DNA from: a virus
Lineage: Duplodnaviria; Caudoviricetes
Reading direction: 5' to 3' (one strand)
Virus record (IMG/VR): IMGVR_UViG_3300028887_000100
Span: 17,872 to 81,871 of that record
DNA length: 64,000 nucleotides
Shown here: positions 1-8,007 of the stretch, in pieces
Layout of the letters: every line of letters begins with the position of its first letter
Position numbering within the stretch: the first letter of the stretch is position 1
Position numbers and translations under genes: made by a program
Notes under the pieces: model-generated
Database searches by the model: none
Told to the model about the DNA's origin: nothing
The model's input: the letters and a program-made list of their open reading frames with translations, nothing else

Positions 1-997
1 TAATACCATTTTCATCAAAGTATTTTTCAAAGATTTCATCTGAACTTAAGTCATTGTAAACATCTACCATTTCAACTGAACTCCAGCCAAAGAATTCTCG
101 TATAACATGATATGGTAAATTTAGTTTTATAAGTTTTGTATCAACGTAATGTCTAACAGCATGCCAATAGAAATTTTTATTAAGTAACTTTGAGAATACT
201 TCTTTCCACCAATCCATAGTATCTATCGAAATAGGTTCATTTGGATTAGCTTGTTTTGGAAATAGCCATTCGCTAACTATTCCTTTTTCTTCTCTTTCTT
301 TTAACCATAATCGTAAATATGGATCAAAAGTATGTTTAAGAGTATAACAATAAATCATTTTGCCTTTAGAAGTTCTACCTTTTGTTTTAACCTTTTCTGG
401 CGTTTTATAAATAGAACCATATAAGACATAATCATCATTAAAATACCATGATTTAAATCTAGGTATCTCAGCTTTTCTTCTTCCAGAATTCATAGCTAAA
501 CTCAAAGCACAAGCTTGTTTATATGCTTTATGTTCAACTAAAGTATTAAGTAGCCATTCAAGTTCTTCTTCTTTTAATACTGTTTTGTCTCTAACAGGAG
601 TTATTACTGGAGATTCAATTTTTCGTATAACAGAATGGTAACCAGCATATTCTTCTTCCTCATCCAGAATATTTTCAATAAAGTTTGAGAAAGATGAAAT
701 AGTTGCTTTAACTCTTCTTAAACGATTAGGACTCCACTCCCAAAAACTTAAAGCCCTTAATTGAAACTTCATAAACTCTCGTTTAGTAATTTCAATAAAG
801 AACTTATTGTTATTTTCTACAACATTCCAACAGAAGAAAATGTTTAAATCATTTCTGTACTGGTATATTGTAGTTGGTGATTTGTCGACAGAAATTAAAT
901 ACTCTTCAAAAGAATACATAAGTTTTCTGTTCTTTTCATTGATTTGCTTTAAGAGCTCCTCGTTACAGATGTTGTTGTGTTTTGTTTCTCGTGCCAT
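1..997 (-). CDS. Tyrosine recombinase (XerD/integrase family), 3' end runs off the window
   Basis: Translated by hand (not in the ORF track): MARETKHNN... open for 332 codons to the window edge. It carries SGRRKAE (catalytic Arg), WHAVRHY (HxxR) and FFGWSSVEMVDVY (H/W and catalytic Tyr), with a GGAG RBS upstream. Confidence 0.9.
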   Translation of the reverse strand, partial: MARETKHNNICNEELLKQINEKNRKLMYSFEEYLISVDKSPTTIYQYRNDLNIFFCWNVVENNNKFFIEITKREFMKFQLRALSFWEWSPNRLRRVKATISSFSNFIENILDEEEEYAGYHSVIRKIESPVITPVRDKTVLKEEELEWLLNTLVEHKAYKQACALSLAMNSGRRKAEIPRFKSWYFNDDYVLYGSIYKTPEKVKTKGRTSKGKMIYCYTLKHTFDPYLRLWLKEREEKGIVSEWLFPKQANPNEPISIDTMDWWKEVFSKLLNKNFYWHAVRHYVDTKLIKLNLPYHVIREFFGWSSVEMVDVYNDLSSDEIFEKYFDENGI

Positions 998-1025
998 TTT
1001 TTATTCGTCTCCTTTTAAAAATATT

Positions 1026-1058
1026 ATAGGAGACCATATGTTATATACAGTCTCCTAT
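1026..1058. terminator. Hairpin between the mini-cassettes and the recombinase
   Basis: Perfect 9-bp inverted repeat ataggagac/gtctcctat. Confidence 0.5.
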
Positions 1059-1098
1059 TTTGAAACGAATAAATTTTCGCGACACTAAAATTTTGGTT

Positions 1099-1200
1099 TT
1101 ATTGGGTTTCATCTTCTTTCCATAACCGCTTTAATCCTATCATCAAAGCAATTAAAGTGATTGCAACGCCTACTAAAAATCCTATAAGAAAATTAATCAT
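1099..1200 (-). CDS. 33-aa single-TM mini-protein (cassette A)
   Basis: MINFLIGFLVGVAITLIALMIGLKRLWKEDETQ; RBS upstream; stop codon lies inside the repeat motif. Confidence 0.6.
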   Translation of the reverse strand: MINFLIGFLVGVAITLIALMIGLKRLWKEDETQ

Positions 1201-1219
1201 CTTCCATCCTAAAATAGTT

Positions 1220-1360
1220 TTATTGGGTTACATCAGTTTCATCAAAAGGTGATGGATATTTTTCTTTCAATTTTTTATCTACTATCGGCAAAACAATAAA
1301 ATGGAAACCCAATCGCATCACCAACATAATTCCTAAACTAATTAATATATAAATATTCAT
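1220..1360 (-). CDS. 46-aa single-TM mini-protein (cassette B)
   Basis: MNIYILISLGIMLVMRLGFHFIVLPIVDKKLKEKYPSPFDETDVTQ; AGGAGAGG RBS; stop codon lies in the repeat. Confidence 0.6.
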   Translation of the reverse strand: MNIYILISLGIMLVMRLGFHFIVLPIVDKKLKEKYPSPFDETDVTQ

Positions 1361-1373
1361 ATCTTTCCTCTCC

Positions 1374-1398
1374 TAAAATGGTTATTTTATGGGGTTAC
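1374..1398. repeat. 25-bp direct repeat, left copy (att-like)
   Basis: taaaatggttattttatggggttac, identical to 63724-63748. Confidence 0.9.
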
Positions 1399-3209
1399 AC
1401 ATTAATCAAGCCTTTTATGTAATCTGCAAAACGATTATAAGTTTCGGCTAATTGTGCTACATCCGCCAAACTTGCCAACTCGCCGTTGTGGTAATCAAAC
1501 TGAATGTTTGTTCCGTTAGTAGACACATAAACGTAATCCTTTAAAAGGCTGATTTCCCGTGGTGTTAATTGAATGGTAAAGGGTGTGGCTAAAGGATATC
1601 CTACTTTCTGTCCTACAAGAGCAGTTTGTAAACTTGTTGCATCTGTGTATCTGCTATCAAAAACAATAAGCATTTGAGCATTGTTATAAAATCTTATAGA
1701 AGCATCTGGAATTTGCGGTGCTGGAACAGGTGCAGTTTGGTAACATGAACAAACTAAATCAGATGATGTATAAACCGCAGGGTACATATCTGTAATATTT
1801 TCACTTCTAAAATATGTATAACTTCCATCAACAATTTTTGTCCAAGCAAGATTCCCCATATCAACGGCGTTATGTGTAACCGTCAGCACACCCGTCCTAA
1901 CATCCAAAGTTGCCCCATACACCGTCCGCCCCAAGGATTCCGATAAATCTATGATTTTAATGGGTGGTTCGTAAGTAGATTGTGTACTTCCATATTCAAT
2001 TTGTGAATTTGCACAATTAGTAACTGTTCTAAACGCTATCCACCCTGTTATCGGAGCAATAATTGCTACACCGACGGTATATGTATATCGTGAAGAATCA
2101 TATGCTTGACTTGTTGCCGTGGGCTTATTGGTAAACCAAGCCATTGTCGCATTTCCATCTGACGATATTACATATGATGCACCTTTTACAACAGGAGCAT
2201 ATACCACATCATATCCTGTTTCACTTGCGAAAGTTCCGTTTGCATTGATAGCATAACCCGATAATTTACCGTCAACAAGATTCTTCCCACACGATAAAAC
2301 CTCAATTTTATCGTAGCCAGATATAGGACAGATGTTTTCGTATGGAGCAAAACTTGAATCGCTTTCCGTGGAAAGGCGTATCATGGGCTTGAATAACTTA
2401 TTTGTTGTCTGCCCTGCGAAACAAGTTATAGCAATATTATTACTTGCATATGTTGACGGATATGTATATGATGCACCGTTTCCAATATCACTTACACTAC
2501 CACCACCGTTCACCCATAAACCTAAAACATAAGAGTTTGAAGAACCACCACTCGGACAACCACTTAATATTATAGACTTACCTGCTACAGTATTAAAATA
2601 CGCTTCGACATTTTGTGTGATATAAAAAGTTGCTTGTGATGTAAAATTACCATTTGCTAAAATTCCTGTCACATTTCCTGCCGAATCAGTTTGTATGGTA
2701 AATGTTCCCCCATTAATTGTGTAAACATTACCATTCCATGTTCCTGCTATATTTTGACCTTTAATAGCCGAAATCTCCAATGGTGCAAGGTTCTTTCCCC
2801 CACCTGCGGGATAAGGCTTTGATTGCCCGTGTAAGTCCTGTATAGGCTCAAAGGTGATAACGGGATTTACCGCTAATTGCGAGGATTTTAAACCGCTTAT
2901 GGATAACGGATTGCCCGATACCGATTCCAATGAAACGTCTATTTTATCCTGAATGTCGCTAATATCCTCTTCTATTTCGTCAATAGCATCCTGCACGTTG
3001 GTCGCAGACAATCCGCTTGATGTGTTGTCATAATCAACGTCTTCGGCATCAGGTTTTACAACATCCACAATTCTTCCCAATTCTTCAGCTAATACATCTG
3101 CTATATTCCGTGGATTAGTCTCTGTGGTGTTTAAACTTTCATCCAATGCCATAGGTTTTGTAACTGTTGCCATATTTTGCCTCCTTATGTTGTTGTATAC
3201 GTTATACAA
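1395..3209 (-). CDS. Tail fibre / receptor-binding protein (likely start 3173, MATVTKPM)
   Basis: Last tail gene; AEDVDYDNTSSGLSATNVQDAIDEI fibre motif; beta-rich carbohydrate-binding-like repeats (GKNL...IE.GS..T.YEP). Confidence 0.7.
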   Translation of the reverse strand: MYNVYNNIRRQNMATVTKPMALDESLNTTETNPRNIADVLAEELGRIVDVVKPDAEDVDYDNTSSGLSATNVQDAIDEIEEDISDIQDKIDVSLESVSGNPLSISGLKSSQLAVNPVITFEPIQDLHGQSKPYPAGGGKNLAPLEISAIKGQNIAGTWNGNVYTINGGTFTIQTDSAGNVTGILANGNFTSQATFYITQNVEAYFNTVAGKSIILSGCPSGGSSNSYVLGLWVNGGGSVSDIGNGASYTYPSTYASNNIAITCFAGQTTNKLFKPMIRLSTESDSSFAPYENICPISGYDKIEVLSCGKNLVDGKLSGYAINANGTFASETGYDVVYAPVVKGASYVISSDGNATMAWFTNKPTATSQAYDSSRYTYTVGVAIIAPITGWIAFRTVTNCANSQIEYGSTQSTYEPPIKIIDLSESLGRTVYGATLDVRTGVLTVTHNAVDMGNLAWTKIVDGSYTYFRSENITDMYPAVYTSSDLVCSCYQTAPVPAPQIPDASIRFYNNAQMLIVFDSRYTDATSLQTALVGQKVGYPLATPFTIQLTPREISLLKDYVYVSTNGTNIQFDYHNGELASLADVAQLAETYNRFADYIKGLINV

Positions 3210-3535
3210 ACTTTACCATCTACAACAGAAAAGAAATCTGTTCCTCCACTACCTGAAGCCTGAATAGTAATCTTTTTGTTCTGTGCGTCAGGTGTAAGAA
3301 TTATGTTATTCCCAGCTTCAAATTCAAGAGTATCTTCACCACTTGCTGTAAGGGTTGTACTTGCGATTTTGACAGATTTATAGGCATCATTGACAGCTCC
3401 ACCTCCACCTTCCCCCCAAGTTCCATCAGCTTTGAGAACTTTACCATTACTAATATCTTGAGCAGTAGGCTTAGGCACTGTACCATTTCGGGAAGTATTA
3501 AAGGTCTCTTCTTCTTTAACGTATTTATGTCCCAT
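3185..3535 (-). CDS. Small tail-associated protein
   Basis: GTVPKPTAQD...VLKADGTW tail-fibre repeat; position in the tail module. Confidence 0.55.
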   Translation of the reverse strand: MGHKYVKEEETFNTSRNGTVPKPTAQDISNGKVLKADGTWGEGGGGAVNDAYKSVKIASTTLTASGEDTLEFEAGNNIILTPDAQNKKITIQASGSGGTDFFSVVDGKVCITYTTT

Positions 3536-3536
3536 A

Positions 3537-4226
3537 TTACACCTCCAATACTCTTGCGTCAGCTAATGCTTTAACTTTTATAGCGTCTGGCAAGGCTATA
3601 AAATCACTTGCCACTAAATCAGATACAGGTTCGCCGTCATTAATAGATTCGCTATCAACCTGTGCTAATGTGTGTGTTTCATTATTACCGCTTATTGTCG
3701 GAACACTTTCCCAATTATATGTTATAAGTGGCGCTATATTACCCTTTATCCACTGATACATTTCGTTTCCTTTATTGTTAGGTGTCCAATAGCAAACCCA
3801 ATCAGTAAAACCACCCGGCGCGTTTGCTTGATTTTTAAATAATAAACCAACTTTGCCACGTTGATTTTCTTCATCAATACCACAAACCAAATACGGTTTG
3901 TCGCCCTCCCAATACGAATTATTCGGCGCGCATGATAGCGCTTCACTCCAGCCACTTAAAATCTTGAATGAGCCTCCGGGTGGGTTAATATTATAATATG
4001 TAATTTGCACACTACCAACTGCAAGAGTAATTGTTCTTGATGGGTTAGCATCTATTCGTAAATCGCCCAAAACAAAAGTCGACGATACACTCGCGTATGG
4101 TATGTACTGTCCTTGATTGGGATTTCCCGTTGGATATTCATTAGCAAAAAGTGTTGTATCAACCAAACCACAAGTGGCGCCTACACCAAGTAAATCATTA
4201 CCACCTATTACATTTTCCCATGCCAT
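3537..4226 (-). CDS. Tail-associated protein
   Basis: Position; shares a YNWxSVxxISG...INDGE segment with 4254-5408. Confidence 0.5.
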   Translation of the reverse strand: MAWENVIGGNDLLGVGATCGLVDTTLFANEYPTGNPNQGQYIPYASVSSTFVLGDLRIDANPSRTITLAVGSVQITYYNINPPGGSFKILSGWSEALSCAPNNSYWEGDKPYLVCGIDEENQRGKVGLLFKNQANAPGGFTDWVCYWTPNNKGNEMYQWIKGNIAPLITYNWESVPTISGNNETHTLAQVDSESINDGEPVSDLVASDFIALPDAIKVKALADARVLEV

Positions 4227-4253
4227 TTCATCACCTCCGATAAAACAATCGTT

Positions 4254-5408
4254 TTAAATGCTTTGATTACTTGCAGATAACCATGTATAAATATCACTCA
4301 TTTGTTCATCAGTAGGCGTTTCCTGATTTATACTGTAATTAGTTCCGTCAAAGTAAACCAAAGAAGGCTTTGCAATTTCGTTAGTATCGTCTTTTAAGAA
4401 CTGAACATAAATCTTATTAGCATCTGATACTGTCGAACCTGCATAAGCGTTAAAACTGTAAATAACTGTTTCTCCAGAATAAAGCTTAAACAGGATATGC
4501 CCGTCACTAATTTGTGCAGTCATTGTGTTACTATTACCGCTATACAACAATATGACTTCTTCACCCATCCAACTTGTACGCACTGTATCAAAACTAACTG
4601 GTTCACTTTCGCTTATGTCAGTAAATATTACAAACCAATATGTGCTCCCATCAGCTATGCCTGAAATAATCTTTTCAGTACTTGATTGTGTAATATCAAT
4701 AGCTGTTCCATCCGTGTAAGAAGTAGGGATATAGTCTTTTTTATAAACAAGTTTAATATAACTATAGGTTTCATCCGGGATAGAGTAAGATACTGTTACA
4801 TTTGAATCTTCCTGTACTACAGCATCTATCAAAGCATCCAAAGCCGAACTTGCTGAAAGACTTATATTACCACTTAAACCTACATCATCAACAGCCTCAC
4901 CATCATTAATATTTAATATTTCTGTAAGCGATAAAATCCCATTTTTACCGCTTATTGCAGAAACACTTGTCCAGTTATATAATATAACTTGCTCGCCTAT
5001 ATATTCAAAATACGGCGTATAATCAACCGTATAGCCCGAGCCTGTCCCATGCAAGTGAAATGTCTCTAAAGCTGTCACGGGTTGCGAAGTGACTAAGCTA
5101 TAGCCGCCACTTGTGCCAACAAGAGCGGCATAATACCCTGTTGTACTATCGTATTGTATAGAGCCTAACTCACTATTCCCATTTACTTTTAGCATTGTCG
5201 GCTGGCTATCCCATATCATAAAACACGAAACACCGGAAAACTCATAAATACTTACACGTTCGCGCCACCAAGCAAAAGCAGAATTATAGCCACCGCCTGC
5301 CCAGCCCGAAACCGTGCTCGTATAATGAACAAATGCATCACAATTAACTATTGGCGCAATATCACACTCTATACCTGTAAAATAACCGGAAGGTCCTACT
5401 ATTTGCAT
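4254..5408 (-). CDS. Tail-associated protein
   Basis: C-terminal ~105 aa is homologous to the C-terminus of 5456-7531. Confidence 0.55.
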   Translation of the reverse strand: MQIVGPSGYFTGIECDIAPIVNCDAFVHYTSTVSGWAGGGYNSAFAWWRERVSIYEFSGVSCFMIWDSQPTMLKVNGNSELGSIQYDSTTGYYAALVGTSGGYSLVTSQPVTALETFHLHGTGSGYTVDYTPYFEYIGEQVILYNWTSVSAISGKNGILSLTEILNINDGEAVDDVGLSGNISLSASSALDALIDAVVQEDSNVTVSYSIPDETYSYIKLVYKKDYIPTSYTDGTAIDITQSSTEKIISGIADGSTYWFVIFTDISESEPVSFDTVRTSWMGEEVILLYSGNSNTMTAQISDGHILFKLYSGETVIYSFNAYAGSTVSDANKIYVQFLKDDTNEIAKPSLVYFDGTNYSINQETPTDEQMSDIYTWLSASNQSI

Positions 5409-5455
5409 TTAATCACCTCCATAAATAATCATTTTATATGGATAAAACCGTTATT

Positions 5456-7531
5456 TTATGCACTCGGTAATCCTGCCGAAAGCCAAGTATATATTAGACC
5501 CATTTCAGCATCAGTAGGACTTTCCTGATTGTAGCTATATACATCTGTACCTGTATAGTAAACAAATGAAGGTTTAGCAACCTCGTTAGTGTCATCTTTA
5601 AGGAAAGCAACGTGGATTTTATCAACGTCAGCTACGCTACTGCCAACAGGACTTGTAAAACTGTAAATCTCTGTATCGCCTGTATAAAGCTTAAATACGA
5701 TACTGCTATTGCTAATCTGAACTGTAAGGCTATTGCTGTCACCACTCCAAAGAATTTCTATTTCAGAACCATCCCATGTACCTGCACCACCCATGTGTAC
5801 GTCTGTGATAAGTGGTGCTAAGATTTCCTTACTTGTATTTACAGATATTACTTTTGTAAATCTGTAATCGCCCTTATCATCATAAGGAAAAATACCATAA
5901 TAATACTGTTTATTGATTTCGATATTACTATCAACAAAAGGTGTATTAGCATAAGCGTCTCTTGTTGTGCTATTAACAAGAATAGTTCCGTCCCAAGGAT
6001 ACCAAGGTTCAGAACCTTCCTTACGCACAACAACTGTGCCAGCCCAAGTAGCTGGTGCAGGACGAGAGTTGCTTATATCTTCCGGGTCAGTCCACATAAT
6101 ACCAACTTCACCGCTATCAGCATCATAGCTAACTGATATATGAGAAGGCTCTTGTAACATACGAAAACCTATATTTCGTATAGCTTTAACAAACTTTGTT
6201 TTCCAATCATCTTTAAGAACACTTATACCATCAGCACCGCTACCACTTGTTGCTACATCACTATCGCCTTGTTGCCATCTATCATTAGTTATCTTATAAC
6301 GTGGTTGCTTTCTATCTCCCTTTGCATAATACACATCTGTAAACTCTTGTAGACCCGTAAATTCACGTTTTAGTATATAAGAGTATAAATTCTTCACGAT
6401 AGGAGTCTCATCGTCAACTCCGTCTGTTTCCTCATCATAGGTGACGTTCTCAAGATTTATCCTATCTCCAACTTCATAGCATAAGTTTCCTTCGCACTCA
6501 CTCTCAATGGGATAATACCACATATGAGTTATCGTATTTCTCAGATTGAGTGCGGCTTGCTTTATTGCTTCAAGTCTACCTTCGATTCCGCTATTGTTTG
6601 TGAATACAAAGCTGTTTACAATATTATAAACGCTTGGATGAGTATAAGCTGAATTGCCCTCATAAGCAATTCTTATATTGTTTCTGTCCCAAATAGCAAC
6701 ATAGCCAATACCCCAAACATGATAGTCCTCATAGATGACAGGCTTAAAGCTGTCCTCTTCCGTAATAACTCTTTTAGGGTCTTGGTCGAATGTTTCAAGG
6801 CTAATATATCTAAATACGCCAGTTCTATCAATATGTCCAAATACTCCGTTTGCTTCAAGAAGTCCTTCCATTACAAAGCCAAAAGTGATAACATCGCTTT
6901 CAATACTGTTTTCTACTTCAAAGTCATCATTTATAAGTTCAACGGTCTCTTGAGATAATGTATATTCATATCCAGCACCTTTTATACCAATTGATGTTGT
7001 CTGACTCTTGGATGTTGTCAGCCACTCAAATATTGCATTTCTCCAATCCTCTATGGAGACAGTGGAATTTGACGCATACAGCTTGTTATACAACTTAGTG
7101 ATATCATAATCATATAAGTCCTGTAAAACGTCAAAACAAGTCAAATGGCGTGTTTCCCTGTCATCTGAATATTCATCCATCTTGACAACATACAAACCCA
7201 CTTGGAAAAGTGTACTGCTATCCTCATCAAAATAGATATATACTTTTATCTCATCATCTTTTAAGGATGTAATGCTTATATCATTAAAGATATCAATTTC
7301 AAACTTTGACGGATGCATTGAACCAAACTTCAGATTCTGGCTTTCGTTAAGTGCTTCAGCAAGGGCTATTGAATCTCCGTCCATATTTGCTTCAGTCAAT
7401 GTAAAATCAGCATCAGTTATTGTAGGTGCTGAATCTTCAACAGGAGTGACAGTAGCGGAAGAATTAACTATGATTAGATGTACTGTTTCATGTTCGGAAA
7501 ACAGGTCTATGTAATCGTATGTATCTATCAT
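5456..7531 (-). CDS. Baseplate hub / Tal-like tail protein with an FN3-like domain
   Basis: Follows the distal tail gene; VVVRKEG...DGT...YYYGIFPY FN3-like segment. Confidence 0.65.
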   Translation of the reverse strand: MIDTYDYIDLFSEHETVHLIIVNSSATVTPVEDSAPTITDADFTLTEANMDGDSIALAEALNESQNLKFGSMHPSKFEIDIFNDISITSLKDDEIKVYIYFDEDSSTLFQVGLYVVKMDEYSDDRETRHLTCFDVLQDLYDYDITKLYNKLYASNSTVSIEDWRNAIFEWLTTSKSQTTSIGIKGAGYEYTLSQETVELINDDFEVENSIESDVITFGFVMEGLLEANGVFGHIDRTGVFRYISLETFDQDPKRVITEEDSFKPVIYEDYHVWGIGYVAIWDRNNIRIAYEGNSAYTHPSVYNIVNSFVFTNNSGIEGRLEAIKQAALNLRNTITHMWYYPIESECEGNLCYEVGDRINLENVTYDEETDGVDDETPIVKNLYSYILKREFTGLQEFTDVYYAKGDRKQPRYKITNDRWQQGDSDVATSGSGADGISVLKDDWKTKFVKAIRNIGFRMLQEPSHISVSYDADSGEVGIMWTDPEDISNSRPAPATWAGTVVVRKEGSEPWYPWDGTILVNSTTRDAYANTPFVDSNIEINKQYYYGIFPYDDKGDYRFTKVISVNTSKEILAPLITDVHMGGAGTWDGSEIEILWSGDSNSLTVQISNSSIVFKLYTGDTEIYSFTSPVGSSVADVDKIHVAFLKDDTNEVAKPSFVYYTGTDVYSYNQESPTDAEMGLIYTWLSAGLPSA

Positions 7532-7543
7532 ACAAATTCCTCC

Positions 7544-7975
7544 TTAGTATCCTATAAGCTCCATCTCTGTAGCACTATATATGACTTTATTGCCCTCAGT
7601 CCTTAAAATCGTAAATTCAATATCAGGAATATAGAAATAGTCTGTAACATAGCCATTAATCTCAGGTATCCAAATGCTTGCTTTTACTTTTTTCTGACGC
7701 TTCTTGACATAATGTAGCTGTATCAATTCCAAGATACCAAAAAGCTGAGTATTGTCCATCTGTCTGAAAGTAAATTTACAATGACCGACTTTATGCGGAT
7801 ATGTTGTTCTTCTAAGTTTACCAGTGCCAGCTCGCTTTGCATCCTCATCCAATACTGAGTATGTGGCTTTATAGCTTTCATACACAATAGCTCCCATTGG
7901 AATCACGTAATCCCAATCTGCTGTTTGACTTCCAGATATTGCCTTTATTTTAATCAAGTATCCTTCATAAGCCAA
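7544..7975 (-). CDS. Distal tail protein (Dit-like)
   Basis: Immediately after the tape measure; size and beta pattern fit. Confidence 0.55.
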   Translation of the reverse strand: MAYEGYLIKIKAISGSQTADWDYVIPMGAIVYESYKATYSVLDEDAKRAGTGKLRRTTYPHKVGHCKFTFRQMDNTQLFGILELIQLHYVKKRQKKVKASIWIPEINGYVTDYFYIPDIEFTILRTEGNKVIYSATEMELIGY

Positions 7976-8007
7976 TTATAACACACCTTCTTTCTATTTA
8001 CAACTAC

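Noticed and set aside
807-1088. Plus-strand 93-aa ORF from the track
   Set aside because: It is antisense to the tyrosine recombinase, which has clear catalytic motifs and an RBS.
1086-1398. Cassette repeats as a CRISPR array
   Set aside because: There are only a few degenerate copies, and the intervening 100-150 bp are intact ORFs with an RBS rather than 30-40 bp spacers.
1395-7531. Diversity-generating retroelement or invertible shufflon acting on the tail genes
   Set aside because: There is no reverse transcriptase, no template/variable repeat pair differing at adenines, and no inverted gene segments.
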